This document shows, piece by piece, positions 28,615 to 39,238 of a DNA stretch of 64,000 nucleotides; position 1 is the stretch's first letter; each line of letters begins with the position of its first letter. Under the pieces are notes generated by a model. The model worked only from the letters and a program-made list of their open reading frames with translations. It was not told where the DNA came from and did no database searches. This stretch comes from a virus (Duplodnaviria > Caudoviricetes), in the IMG/VR virus record IMGVR_UViG_3300031555_003626, positions 1-64,000 of that record; one strand, given 5' to 3'. The position numbers and the translations under genes were made by a program.

Positions 28615-29634
28615 ATGAAAATTTTACTTTTTACTGACTTGCATATGTGCCCACGAGCAAGTATTATAAATAAATGGGGCACAAAATATCCAAGTAGACT
28701 CGAAAACTGTATTGAATCAGTAAACTGGCTAGAGAGGAAAGCTGAAGAGCTTGGTTGTGAGTATATCATCAATCTCGGTGACTTCTTTGATAAGCCTGAT
28801 CTTACTAGCGAGACTATTACTGCGTGCAATGAAATTAAGTGGTCTGATATAATGCACTACCACCTTGTCGGAAACCATGATGCATCAAATAGCTCACTTA
28901 CTTTTAATTCTGTAAACTGTTTAAGTGCTTCAAATCACGTTATTATTTCCGAGCCGATGATGCTGCCTTACAGCAATATCTGTTTTTTACCTTATATAAC
29001 CGAATGTGATAGAAAACCACTAAAAGAGTACTTCCCAGAAATACCCAATCAACCACGGATTATTCTTTCACACAATGATATTAGCGGAATTCAACTTGGC
29101 CCGGTAATGTCTAAAACAGGATTTTCGATCGAAGAAATTGAAACAAACTGTAGCCTGTTCATCAATGGTCACTTGCACAATGGTCAAGCAATTACTACAA
29201 AAGTTGTAAATCTAGGTAATCTCTCTGGAAAAGATTTTGGAGAAAATGCTCTACAGCATAGCCATAATATAGCAATACTTGATACTAAGGATTTATCGCT
29301 GACTTACATAGAAAATCCGCATGCTTATAATTTTTATAAGATTCAGATTGACTGTGAGAGTGATATGCTTTGTCTCAATATGCTTAAGAATAACGCAGTA
29401 CTTTCTATTAAGTGCGAGCAATCTTTGGTTGAAGCAGTTAAGCAAAAGCTAAGTACACTTAATAATGTTATCGAGTCGAGAATTATATTAGTTAAAAAGT
29501 TCGAAGAAGCTTCTGAGAGCACTACCGAGATTGATTTATCTGTGGACCATCTCGCTCGTTTTATTGAATGTTGTAAAACAAACATTGAGTATTCAACGCT
29601 ACTGGATGAAGAACTTAGTGAAATTTGTAAGTAA
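28615..29634 (+). CDS. SbcD/Mre11-like nuclease
   Basis: TDLH, GDFFD, GNHD, SH, NGHLH. Confidence 0.88.
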   Translation: MKILLFTDLHMCPRASIINKWGTKYPSRLENCIESVNWLERKAEELGCEYIINLGDFFDKPDLTSETITACNEIKWSDIMHYHLVGNHDASNSSLTFNSVNCLSASNHVIISEPMMLPYSNICFLPYITECDRKPLKEYFPEIPNQPRIILSHNDISGIQLGPVMSKTGFSIEEIETNCSLFINGHLHNGQAITTKVVNLGNLSGKDFGENALQHSHNIAILDTKDLSLTYIENPHAYNFYKIQIDCESDMLCLNMLKNNAVLSIKCEQSLVEAVKQKLSTLNNVIESRIILVKKFEEASESTTEIDLSVDHLARFIECCKTNIEYSTLLDEELSEICK

Positions 29635-29692
29635 TTATTGAAGTCGACTTCTATATAAAATATCGTATAATATATTAACAGGAGATTTCATA

Positions 29693-29998
29693 ATGACTAC
29701 AAAAACCCAGTTGAGAAAAGCTTATAAGAAAAGGCTTAACTCATTAAATAAAAACTTTTTCAAAGACTCGGACTTAGGTTTAAAGATTTTTGTTGAACAT
29801 CTTAAATTTAAGCGAGATATTTTAGCACTTGATAAGACTAATAAAAATACTCTTACAACTTTGGCGACAGCGATTGCTGAATTTGAGGCTTATCAAACAA
29901 CCGAAGACACTGAACAGAAAAGTTTCCATTGGAATAATTTTTGTACCTTTGTTAGATTAAACTTGGAGGATTGGCAAACACTAGATGATTCAGTTTAA
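29693..29998 (+). CDS. Hypothetical protein
   Basis: AGGAG RBS and upstream promoter motif. Confidence 0.65.
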   Translation: MTTKTQLRKAYKKRLNSLNKNFFKDSDLGLKIFVEHLKFKRDILALDKTNKNTLTTLATAIAEFEAYQTTEDTEQKSFHWNNFCTFVRLNLEDWQTLDDSV

Positions 29999-31847
29999 AA
30001 AGATTATTATACACAATTTTGGAAGTTACAGTCACGTAGAACTTGACCTACAAAATCGCGGCTTCTGCTTGGTATCCGGACAAAATAATTATACAAAAGA
30101 TAATGCTTTATCTAATGGTGCTGGAAAATCCGGATGCTTTAATGCAATCTGTTATGCCCTGACTGGCGAGACTATCAGCGGCGTACGAACAAATTTAAAG
30201 AATGTTAATATCGAAGAACCTGACTGTTGGGTACAACTCGACTTTCTATATGGTAGAGATATATACAGTATTTGTCGTACAGTGACCCCAAAGACCGACC
30301 TTAAAATATTTAAAAATGATATTGACTTAAGCGGTAAAGGCATCAGAGAATCTGAAAAAAAGCTATCAGAAATTTTGCCTGAACTTAATAAAGATTTTAT
30401 TGCTTCCTGCATAATTTTGGGACAGGGGATGCCCAATAAGTTTTCTTCCTTTAGCCCGAGTGGACGTAAGGATCTTCTTGAAAGACTTACTAAGTCTGAC
30501 TTCATGATTGAGGATTTAAAAAACCGTATTACAGGTCGTTTATCTGAACTCACTCTAAAAATCAGGGAGTATGAAGACAGTTTACTTGCTAATCGTACAC
30601 AACTTAACGGGCACACAGTAACGCTTGAAAGACTTAAGAATACCATAAGTAATCAGCAACGTCCTGACTTTGATAATTTAATAGCTCGACAGTCTTCCAA
30701 AGTTTCTCAGCTTGAGCAACAGAATACGAATTACATAAACCAAATAGCAGAAGTAGAAAAGCAGCTCGAGTCCTTAAATACTCAACTACTCACTATAACT
30801 AGTGAAAAATCAAAAGTATGTAGTGAAGAGCTGACTGCCTATAATGCGGCACGTGTAGAATTCTTTAATATAAAAGCTAATCTTGAAGCCAAGATAAACA
30901 GTCTCGAAAAAGAGATAGCAAAATTACAGGCTATCACCGATATTTGTCCGACTTGTGGACAGCATCTCCCTGACGTACACAAACCTGATACAAGTGAACA
31001 GGAAGCTACTTTACGAGACCTTTGGGAAGCGCTTAAAGAAACACTGGATGATATCCAGAAGTGTGAGAACAAACATAAAAATTACGTAGCTCAGATAGAT
31101 GAAGCATTTAAAGCTGACCTTGACCGGCTAACTAGTACGACTACGGAAACAAAAAAGACTTTATATGTAGCCAAAACCGAACATACAAAAATTAATGCTA
31201 ATTTAGAGTTTGAAAGAAATTCTTATAATAAACTTCTTTATGATAAACAAAATTGGGATAGCTTTGTGCTAAGACAACAGCAAGAAATTAGTACTATCGA
31301 AACAGAAGTTGCGAGGCTTACTAACTTAATTTCTATTACAAGCCTGGCTAAAGAAGATTTAGACCAACGTATTGCTGTCGTAAAGAAAATGGACCAACTT
31401 ACAAAGCGTGATTTCCGTGGTTACCTACTTACTAATATTATTACATATATTGACAGTAAAGCAAAAGACTATTGTCAAACTGTCTTTGGTACTCGAGAGC
31501 TTACTTTGGAAATTAATGGAAATGCTCTTGACATTACATATTGTGGTAAGGCATTTGATGGTTTATCGGGTGGAGAAAAGCAGAGAGTAGATTTGATTTT
31601 ACAACTTGCTATTCGAGAACTCTTAATCACTTATCTCGGACTTAGCGCAAATATTTTGGTGTTGGACGAAATTACCGACTTCCTTGATAAAAAAAGCTGT
31701 GATGCTGTTATGCGACTTCTTGAAAAAGAACTTCAGACGGTTGAATCTGTTTTTATAATTTCACACCACTCTGAGACTCTAGAAATACCAATAGACTCAA
31801 CTATCACAGTGGTAAAAAATGAAAATGGTATCAGTGAACTAAATTGA
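29985..31847 (+). CDS. SbcC/Rad50-like ATPase
   Basis: NGAGKS, Q-loop, coiled coil, CPTCG hook, LSGGE, VLDE, ISH. Confidence 0.9.
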   Translation: MIQFKKIIIHNFGSYSHVELDLQNRGFCLVSGQNNYTKDNALSNGAGKSGCFNAICYALTGETISGVRTNLKNVNIEEPDCWVQLDFLYGRDIYSICRTVTPKTDLKIFKNDIDLSGKGIRESEKKLSEILPELNKDFIASCIILGQGMPNKFSSFSPSGRKDLLERLTKSDFMIEDLKNRITGRLSELTLKIREYEDSLLANRTQLNGHTVTLERLKNTISNQQRPDFDNLIARQSSKVSQLEQQNTNYINQIAEVEKQLESLNTQLLTITSEKSKVCSEELTAYNAARVEFFNIKANLEAKINSLEKEIAKLQAITDICPTCGQHLPDVHKPDTSEQEATLRDLWEALKETLDDIQKCENKHKNYVAQIDEAFKADLDRLTSTTTETKKTLYVAKTEHTKINANLEFERNSYNKLLYDKQNWDSFVLRQQQEISTIETEVARLTNLISITSLAKEDLDQRIAVVKKMDQLTKRDFRGYLLTNIITYIDSKAKDYCQTVFGTRELTLEINGNALDITYCGKAFDGLSGGEKQRVDLILQLAIRELLITYLGLSANILVLDEITDFLDKKSCDAVMRLLEKELQTVESVFIISHHSETLEIPIDSTITVVKNENGISELN

Positions 31848-31868
31848 TAAAGGAGAATTTAATATCAT

Positions 31869-32693
31869 ATGTTATATAAAAAACCTGCAGGGATGAAGTA
31901 TACTGAGATGTGTGTCTATATTGATCAGAACGTGCCAAAGATAGCCACTCCTGAAGAATACCCAGAAATTGAAGCTACAGTATATAATTACTTGTGGCTG
32001 CTTGTAAAAGCACTGGCAATAAAAAAATGCATGTTTAAAAAATTTGAAGATTATGACGGCTATTCATTTTATGCTGCGACTCGACTATTCTTAGCCTTAC
32101 GTAAGAATTATTTAAATCAAGGTAAGATTATTAAAGGTAAACAAATTAGGCCGATAAAATCATGTTTAAACTATACTAAAGCTTTACTGTACCCAATGAA
32201 AATTGAGTATCAGCGAGAAACTTTTAAAGAAATTATTGAGGAAGAATTTGTATCTAAAAAGTTTGATGCTTTTGCTTTTAAAGAACAATTAAAAAATGAT
32301 GCGATAGATTCTTCTGAAATGGCTTCTCAACTTAGATTATATTTACAAGAAGCTATTAGTCAGCAAGGTAGATTACTAAATGAGCTTCTTAAAAAATCGC
32401 CTTTTGGACCGTCAACTTCTGAGTATAAAAGTCTAAAAATATCTGTCTTACTAAACAGTATTAATATTTTACAAACGAAAAAGAAATTAGTCATAACCAG
32501 CCAACAGAGTATTATTCTATGGCACTTACCCAAAAACATGACAAATTACGTAAAAATTTTAGTCAAAGAATTTTTTACAATGATAAAACTTGAAATTATG
32601 AGTTGCTTTAAAGAAGCCTGCCCGACCGATGACACGCTAGAGGCTATTTTGCAAGCAAACTGGGAGGAGAACTACTGTGAAGAACAACACTAA
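31869..32693 (+). CDS. Hypothetical protein (possible divergent sigma-like factor)
   Basis: 274 aa, helical; only a weak resemblance to sigma region 2. Confidence 0.5.
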   Translation: MLYKKPAGMKYTEMCVYIDQNVPKIATPEEYPEIEATVYNYLWLLVKALAIKKCMFKKFEDYDGYSFYAATRLFLALRKNYLNQGKIIKGKQIRPIKSCLNYTKALLYPMKIEYQRETFKEIIEEEFVSKKFDAFAFKEQLKNDAIDSSEMASQLRLYLQEAISQQGRLLNELLKKSPFGPSTSEYKSLKISVLLNSINILQTKKKLVITSQQSIILWHLPKNMTNYVKILVKEFFTMIKLEIMSCFKEACPTDDTLEAILQANWEENYCEEQH

Positions 32694-33069
32694 AAAGGCT
32701 TTAAATAATTTACACTTATCAGACATTTACTCTCTTATGCTTTTTGTACTTTTTAAGATACAAGAGATCCCAGAATACGCTGTAACTAGTGAGCTATGCT
32801 ATCTATTAGACGGGGCAAACATGACTCGTCTACTTACTTACTTTGCTGGACGTACAGTTAAGTTTCCTACTGAGGCAGAGTTAGCGGTTGTAACCAACGC
32901 TTTGCTAATGTATCAGTACATCAATCTGGACGGAGATACTTTTGTCGCGGCACAGAACAAGTTAGGAAAGCTTTCAAAAAAGGAACTGGATAAAGTGACT
33001 GAACTCTATATACAGCTATTACCCATTATGAAGCAATATAATATCGATAGGAGTCAGCTGCAAGGTTAA
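32677..33069 (+). CDS. Mor/Mu-C-like transcription regulator candidate
   Basis: LLDGANMTRLLTYFAGRTVKFP resembles the Mor-family L...FGG..IYIP motif. Confidence 0.45.
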   Translation: MKNNTKKALNNLHLSDIYSLMLFVLFKIQEIPEYAVTSELCYLLDGANMTRLLTYFAGRTVKFPTEAELAVVTNALLMYQYINLDGDTFVAAQNKLGKLSKKELDKVTELYIQLLPIMKQYNIDRSQLQG

Positions 33070-33071
33070 TT

Positions 33072-33290
33072 ATGGCAAAATTTGATAGAAGTCAACGTAC
33101 ATTTGAAACACGTGTTTCCTTTATTAGAGATATTTTCACCAATAAATATGAACCAATAGAAATTATGGCACATTGTATTCAATATAAATTGGATAAATCG
33201 TATGAAGCTTATTTTAATGATATTTTAAAGAGTGTGTGGAGCTTAAACGGCAAAGACCCAATAAAAATTTTAAAACAAATAGATAAGTAA
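33072..33290 (+). CDS. Hypothetical protein
   Basis: ORF within the operon. Confidence 0.6.
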   Translation: MAKFDRSQRTFETRVSFIRDIFTNKYEPIEIMAHCIQYKLDKSYEAYFNDILKSVWSLNGKDPIKILKQIDK

Positions 33291-33306
33291 TGAAAGGACA
33301 GTAAAT

Positions 33307-33636
33307 ATGGCAGCACAAACAAATATTGTAACAGACGTAAATAATCTACTAAGGTTACCTACTAAAGTATCGAACGAGCTAGTATCTAAAGCCTGTCTAT
33401 GTATCGGAAGTGCTATTAGTGAAGCTAAGGTAAAAGGCGAAACTCAGACTACTGTTAGTATAGGTATCGGTAGTCTGAGCGTAAATCTAGTAGACATGCA
33501 ATGTAAATTTGTTCCGGGGAAAGAACTAAAAACAGCAATTAAAAGAGCCCTTGATTCTCAGATCGACCCACTCGAACTTCTATTGGAACAAACTTTTTCG
33601 GATAAGTTATTAGCAATGTGTGAAGAGGTGCTTTAA
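33307..33636 (+). CDS. HU/IHF-like protein with shortened arm
   Basis: VSIGIGSLSV...KFVPGKELKTAIK resembles HU GFGTF...FKPGKALKDAV. Confidence 0.45.
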   Translation: MAAQTNIVTDVNNLLRLPTKVSNELVSKACLCIGSAISEAKVKGETQTTVSIGIGSLSVNLVDMQCKFVPGKELKTAIKRALDSQIDPLELLLEQTFSDKLLAMCEEVL

Positions 33637-34214
33637 TGTTAGAAAAAACCAAAGATAATCAAAACCAGGAAAATGAAACCATTTCTGAAGAGACTTCTTT
33701 GGCGCCAATCCCTGAAACAAACCTAGCTGAAATACGGGCTAACTTGACCGCAGAGTCCCAAAGATTAGTTGGGGAGCTTACTTTTGAGCGAGACCGACAA
33801 AAGATGCAAGCTATAGAGCAGCAGTTTAATGACATTCAGCGGAAGAAGCAGTTGGCTCGTGTGAGTAAGCTAAGTGATGTGCAGGATATGCTTACAGATC
33901 AATTCTATCAGCGCATATCTCAGAGACCTGACGAGATTTCAAATAAAGAAATGCTTGATGGTATGAAGGTTGTCCAGGATTTAATGGAAAAGAATTTGAA
34001 GCAAGCAGAAACAATTGAGGAAATTCCACAGCTTATTCAAATTAACCAGACAGAGGTCAACGTTGGAAATAATCTTAACAGAGATTCGCGAGAAAGAGTT
34101 AAAAATGCGGTGCTCGGTATACTTGATAGTATCAACAAAGTTCAGGTAGCACCAATCGAGTCCGATATAGATACGACTGATTTTATTGTAGAAGAAGAGG
34201 AAGATAATGGTTAA
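33636..34214 (+). CDS. Hypothetical coiled-coil protein
   Basis: TAATG-coupled ORF with acidic tail. Confidence 0.7.
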   Translation: MLEKTKDNQNQENETISEETSLAPIPETNLAEIRANLTAESQRLVGELTFERDRQKMQAIEQQFNDIQRKKQLARVSKLSDVQDMLTDQFYQRISQRPDEISNKEMLDGMKVVQDLMEKNLKQAETIEEIPQLIQINQTEVNVGNNLNRDSRERVKNAVLGILDSINKVQVAPIESDIDTTDFIVEEEEDNG

Positions 34215-34506
34215 AAACGACATAAAAAATATTTTAGCGCGACTTGAGATTGAGAGTACTGGTAGATATGAAAATAAGTTTTATATTATTCCAATAGAAA
34301 ATAGTGATGAGTATGCCAAGATGTACACTAAACTTAGCAAAAATGCGATTGATACTGAGTATCCTACTTTTGGTACAAATACTAATGATGCAACTGTTAA
34401 AATTGCAAACTACTTTGAGCTTGAAGAGGAGAATAATAAGTACTTACTATTTTTGATTGCGGATTTTCAAAAGGATGAATACTACCTTAAGATTGGAGAC
34501 GTATAA
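34207..34506 (+). CDS. Hypothetical protein
   Basis: Coupled ORF. Confidence 0.65.
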   Translation: MVKNDIKNILARLEIESTGRYENKFYIIPIENSDEYAKMYTKLSKNAIDTEYPTFGTNTNDATVKIANYFELEEENNKYLLFLIADFQKDEYYLKIGDV

Positions 34507-34865
34507 TGATTTTTGAGTACTCAGCTCAACGAACTTTTAATGACTCAATTGATGTGGTAGATATCGGCAATACTGCTTTGAGATGCACTAATGTAAAATT
34601 AGATGATTATTACATTATCTTAAAAACAATTATGGGTAAAACTTCTATTATTAAGTTCGGCCCCGTTTGCCCGGATATTGAAGTTTTAATAAATGACTTT
34701 GCAGTTACCTATAAAAAGATGGATTACAAAGAAGCAGGTATCTGCAAAGAAATTGATAAGTTTATAAATGATTTTAGAAAAGAAATTAACTCAATAGAAG
34801 AAATAACAGAGTATGAAGCGTGGCAAGCTTTTCCTGCTGTGCAGCAATACTTTGAAAATGCTTAA
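34506..34865 (+). CDS. Hypothetical protein
   Basis: TAATG-coupled ORF. Confidence 0.65.
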   Translation: MIFEYSAQRTFNDSIDVVDIGNTALRCTNVKLDDYYIILKTIMGKTSIIKFGPVCPDIEVLINDFAVTYKKMDYKEAGICKEIDKFINDFRKEINSIEEITEYEAWQAFPAVQQYFENA

Positions 34866-34874
34866 GGAGATATT

Positions 34875-35240
34875 ATGGCAAAGAAAGACGTACAGCAGTA
34901 TTTCTTTAATATGCTCGCGCAGTATCTTGAAGAAAAACAAAATTTAGCCGACTTTGAAGAAGCACTTAAAGACGGTCACATAACACAAGAACAAATGCAA
35001 GAAGCTCTTGATAATGTGGCTAACCTTGAAACTAATTATTATAGGCTAACTTATATCATGTATCTTTTAGACCTGCCCAATCGCAAGTCTAAGAAAACAT
35101 GCTATATAAAACAACATAAAGCAATCTTAGAAGAACTTAAAAAGCTTGGAGCAGATATTGACTCTATTAAAGAAGAAAATTCTGATGCGCTCATTCATTT
35201 TAAGACTGCTCTAAAAGCACTTAGAAAGGCAGGCGAGTAA
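34875..35240 (+). CDS. Hypothetical protein
   Basis: AAGGAG RBS; followed by a hairpin. Confidence 0.65.
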   Translation: MAKKDVQQYFFNMLAQYLEEKQNLADFEEALKDGHITQEQMQEALDNVANLETNYYRLTYIMYLLDLPNRKSKKTCYIKQHKAILEELKKLGADIDSIKEENSDALIHFKTALKALRKAGE

Positions 35241-35340
35241 TAAAAGCTCGCCTTTCAAAAAACCATTAAATTAATAATTTAATAAATTAATAATTTACTA
35301 TTTGCTAAATTTAATATATAACAGAAAGCGAGATTTAAAA

Positions 35341-36120
35341 ATGGAATCGATTATTTATGATATTGATACCCTATCTATTCCCTCTGAGCCTCTTACTTTT
35401 CTAACCGAGCAAGGCGCTAAGACTGAGGAAGGTGAAGAGATTATCAAAAAGATTAAGGAAGTTATGGAGGCAAATCCAGAGCTTCTAGCACTGTCTGCCC
35501 CGCAAATTGGTATTAGTAAGCGTATTTTCTGCCTACGTTTTAATGATCAGATTAAGACGTTTATTAATCCTATTATTACGAAGAAAAAGGGTCTTAATAT
35601 TGTTATAGAGACCTGCGCTTCTATGCCGGGCAAAGAGATTGTAATTGGTAGACCAGAAGAAATTACAGTAGTTTATTACAACGACAAGTTTGAGTATGAA
35701 GATAATAAACTTATTGGTATTGCTGCAAGTATGTTTGATCAGCAAGCACAAGTTCTTGATGGAGTGCTCCCTAGTGAACTTGGTCTTGTTTCTGACGTAG
35801 AAGAAGACGGCAAGATCGAAGAAGATGATTTAGTAGACATTATTCCTTTTTACAAGAATACATTTTTACCTACAAGAATGGCGGCATTAAGTGAAACTAT
35901 TTCTTCTGATGAAGAAGCTAAGAAATACTTCAAGCAACTAAAGTTTACTGAAGGTGTTATCAATGGTCGTAATGCTATCATAGAGCCTGAGGAAGAAACC
36001 GCTAAACGTGCTAAAGCTAAGAGGTCTGCAAATAGAGCCGTTCTTAATGCGGGTAAGGCAGAAGCTCTACACCAAAAAGCAGAATTTAAAAACTTTGTAC
36101 AAAGAGTTAGTAAAAAATAA
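35341..36120 (+). CDS. Peptide deformylase-like protein, predicted inactive
   Basis: LSAPQIG, FINP, ETCASMPG; DQQAQVLDG replaces HEXDHLXG. Confidence 0.75.
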   Translation: MESIIYDIDTLSIPSEPLTFLTEQGAKTEEGEEIIKKIKEVMEANPELLALSAPQIGISKRIFCLRFNDQIKTFINPIITKKKGLNIVIETCASMPGKEIVIGRPEEITVVYYNDKFEYEDNKLIGIAASMFDQQAQVLDGVLPSELGLVSDVEEDGKIEEDDLVDIIPFYKNTFLPTRMAALSETISSDEEAKKYFKQLKFTEGVINGRNAIIEPEEETAKRAKAKRSANRAVLNAGKAEALHQKAEFKNFVQRVSKK

Positions 36121-36131
36121 TGGAGGCTATT

Positions 36132-36290
36132 ATGGCTAAAAAGATGATAAGCCTTGAAATATCTGATGAATTAAGAGAAGCTCTAAGAGTGGAAGCTTTT
36201 AAGCGCTCACTTAGTATCTCAGCTCTAATTAGACAGCTTCTCGAGGCTCAGGTATTAAATAAGGATGAAAGCAGTGATGGACAAAACTAA
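36132..36290 (+). CDS. Ribbon-helix-helix DNA-binding protein (52 aa; not in the ORF track)
   Basis: GGAGG RBS; MAKKMISLEISDELREALRVEAFKRSLSISALIRQLL. Confidence 0.7.
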   Translation: MAKKMISLEISDELREALRVEAFKRSLSISALIRQLLEAQVLNKDESSDGQN

Positions 36291-38112
36291 TAAAATACTA
36301 GTAATAACAGAGTCACCGCATAAGGCAAAAGTAATTACTAAAATACTTAAAGATGCAGGATATACTAATGCCAGGGTAATAGCTAGTATTGGCCACATAC
36401 TAACTTTAGCCGATGGCAACAGAAAAGCCTTTAATTCAGGAATATACCCAGACGACAACTTTAGAATGAATTTAAAAATCGCTGAAGATAAGCATAAAGT
36501 TGTTGATGAAATAAAAACACAAGTAAATTGGGCAGAAAAAGTTTACGTCGCTGCTGACAATGATCGCGCGGGAAGTTTTATTTCATGGAGTTTACTTGAA
36601 TACGCTAAAATACCACGAAATAAAGCAGCTAGAATGGTAATGCACGAAATTACACCGAAAGCTGTTTTATATGCGCTTGAACACCCAGTTGAATTTGATA
36701 TGGCAATGGTAGACGCAGAAAAAGCAAGGCAGTGTACAGATAAGCTGCTTGGCTTCTCGCTGAGCCCTGAAGCTAAAAAGCATATCGGGGCAAAATCAGT
36801 AGGGCGTTGTCAATCTGTCGGACTTATGCTAGTGGCAGACAGAGAGAATGAAATACTAGATTTTATACCTGAAAAATATTTTAACCTTTATTTGAATTTT
36901 ACTAAAAACAGTAAAGATTTTAAAGCTAAGTACATTGGTTATAAAAATGAAAAATATGATAAGATTAAAGATGTCTTAGAAATAAAAACAATACAGTATA
37001 ATTGCCAACATGATAATTATATAATAGAAGACGTTTCTCAAACAAAACGAAATGAAAGTCCAAAGCCACCTTTTTGTACAGCAACTTTCCAGCAAGAAGC
37101 TTCATCAAGGCTTGGGCTAAAAGTAAAAGATGCAATGAGTATTGCGCAAAAACTTTATGAGGCAGGAAAAATTTCGTATATGCGCACAGACGACACTGAT
37201 ATGTCACCAGAGTTTTTAGAAGATCTCAAAGCTTATGTAGAGTCTGCCTACGGCAAAACAAAATATAAAGGCTTAAGAGCGAAAAAGGCTATTGGTGCTA
37301 TTACTCAAAATGGTCACGAGTGCTTACGTATTACCGACCCTGCCTTGACACCGGAAATCTTCGCACAAAAAGAAACAAATAACTTGGCCGTAAAAGTATA
37401 TACTCTAATATGGCAAAGAACGATTGCTTCCGTTATGCCAAATGCAATATATTCTGAAACAACTAATACTATAAACAATAACGACCATAAGTTTGTGCTG
37501 GTTGAAAAAGTATTAGTAGAACCTGGCTTTAGAACGATTTATTCCTACAGAGACGATGCTGATGAAGTTATTACAGAAACTTTTAAAGTCGGTGAAGTAT
37601 TAGAAAACACTAAACTCGAAGAAGTTGCTCGAGAAACCACACCTCCTGCACGCTTTACGGAAGCTTCTTTAGTAAAAGAGCTTCAGCGCCTTAATGTGGG
37701 TCGCCCCAGTACATTTTCGACAATAGTAGAAACTATCTTAAGTCCAACTAGAGGCTATGCAGACTTAGAAGATAGACAAATAGTACCAACAAGTAGAGGA
37801 CTTCAATTAGCTGCATATTGTAAACGAGCTTTTCCAAAACTAATTAACTTAAATTATACTAGATCTATGGAAGAACAGTTAGATAAAATTGCTTCTGGTG
37901 AGCTTAATTGGCTTGAGTACATGAATAGCTTTTATAAAGATTTAATTGAAACTATTGAGGCTAATCAAGAAACGGGCTTAGCAGATGAGGTCGAAGAAAA
38001 ACTTTGTCCAAAATGCGAGAGCCCGATGATTGTACGTCGTAGTCGCTTTGGTAAGCTTTTCTATGGCTGCTCCAAATATCCAAAATGTAATGGAATTATT
38101 AGTATTGATTGA
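36277..38112 (+). CDS. topA: DNA topoisomerase IA
   Basis: ITESPHKA, GH, DNDRAG, SVGRCQS, ISYMRTD, HECLR, GRPST, C-terminal zinc ribbon. Confidence 0.93.
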   Translation: MDKTNKILVITESPHKAKVITKILKDAGYTNARVIASIGHILTLADGNRKAFNSGIYPDDNFRMNLKIAEDKHKVVDEIKTQVNWAEKVYVAADNDRAGSFISWSLLEYAKIPRNKAARMVMHEITPKAVLYALEHPVEFDMAMVDAEKARQCTDKLLGFSLSPEAKKHIGAKSVGRCQSVGLMLVADRENEILDFIPEKYFNLYLNFTKNSKDFKAKYIGYKNEKYDKIKDVLEIKTIQYNCQHDNYIIEDVSQTKRNESPKPPFCTATFQQEASSRLGLKVKDAMSIAQKLYEAGKISYMRTDDTDMSPEFLEDLKAYVESAYGKTKYKGLRAKKAIGAITQNGHECLRITDPALTPEIFAQKETNNLAVKVYTLIWQRTIASVMPNAIYSETTNTINNNDHKFVLVEKVLVEPGFRTIYSYRDDADEVITETFKVGEVLENTKLEEVARETTPPARFTEASLVKELQRLNVGRPSTFSTIVETILSPTRGYADLEDRQIVPTSRGLQLAAYCKRAFPKLINLNYTRSMEEQLDKIASGELNWLEYMNSFYKDLIETIEANQETGLADEVEEKLCPKCESPMIVRRSRFGKLFYGCSKYPKCNGIISID

Positions 38113-38190
38113 TAAATTAAAGTGGTTAAGCTGTTTTAATTTGCTAAATTAATTGATTAAAAAAATTAAAATAAAGGAGATTAACTTTTA

Positions 38191-39222
38191 ATGCCTAAGA
38201 TTTTTACAACGCCAGAAGCCGAAGCAAAAGCTAGAAGGCAAATGCGTTATATATTAATAGCGGGTGGCTTAAGAAGTAAGGACCCTAATGAAGACCTTCC
38301 TTATAACTTTCAGCGCAGCCAATATTTAGACAGTGCTAAAAAAGTTTGTGATGAGCTTGTAAACAGAGACTTTACAGATATTGATAGCGAGCTTAATACC
38401 TTGCACTATTATGCACCGGTCAGTCGAGGTGAAGCACGTTTTAAAGCTGAGGGCTTCGCTAAAGCTATTGTTTATATGGCAGAGTTACTTGGACTATACT
38501 GGGATGATACTCTTAAAACACCTTATGAAATTGAAGAATTTAAAAAGACTAAACTAGGAGAGGCCGTATATAAGTATGGTAGATATATTTCGGCTGTTCA
38601 GGATAAGCCTGCAAGAGCTTCAAGAAGCGCTTCAAGTGCTTCAGCTGGAGGCAGCAATACAACAACAGCCCAAGCGCCACAAAACGGTTATAAGTCTTCT
38701 GGCGCACAGTCAGGTAATGTAAGAGACTTGCGCGCTCTTGATGGTGTGAGCGCTGGAGTTCCTGGTCAGAAAGTTACTGCGGGTGGAACGTTTATTTTTA
38801 GAATTGTCGGAGATAACCCACAGTCTAAGAACACTCCAAATGTATTTATTAAGCCCCTAAGCGCTTCTGGTGCTACCGGAAATACTAATAAGGTTTTCTT
38901 CAGCAGCGGCAATGGTTATACAGACTGCACTTGTTATTTTGATGATCAAAACGATGCTCAAGATTTCTTAGATAAGATGATTGCAGCAAATAGAATTCCT
39001 GCGAATGTCAGTAATCCGAGAGTAGTTAAGCGTAATGCGGATCCTAATGGATACTTCTTGGCTGGAACAGAATTCGGTGTTTGTGCAATAAGTGCTAAGA
39101 CTTTAAATGAAGCTTTAAATGAGACTTTAACAGAAGACACTACAGGCAGCTGGGAAAAAGCTACTGAAAGCTACACCAAAGAAGAACTTGAAGAACTTCA
39201 CACTTGGATGAGAAGAGATTAA
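38191..39222 (+). CDS. Hypothetical late protein
   Basis: GCTAAATT motif and AAGGAG RBS. Confidence 0.75.
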   Translation: MPKIFTTPEAEAKARRQMRYILIAGGLRSKDPNEDLPYNFQRSQYLDSAKKVCDELVNRDFTDIDSELNTLHYYAPVSRGEARFKAEGFAKAIVYMAELLGLYWDDTLKTPYEIEEFKKTKLGEAVYKYGRYISAVQDKPARASRSASSASAGGSNTTTAQAPQNGYKSSGAQSGNVRDLRALDGVSAGVPGQKVTAGGTFIFRIVGDNPQSKNTPNVFIKPLSASGATGNTNKVFFSSGNGYTDCTCYFDDQNDAQDFLDKMIAANRIPANVSNPRVVKRNADPNGYFLAGTEFGVCAISAKTLNEALNETLTEDTTGSWEKATESYTKEELEELHTWMRRD

Positions 39223-39238
39223 TTAGGAGGAAATACCC

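Noticed and set aside
33636-34214. Terminase small subunit
   Set aside because: Plausible by size and helicity, but no diagnostic motif and far from terL.
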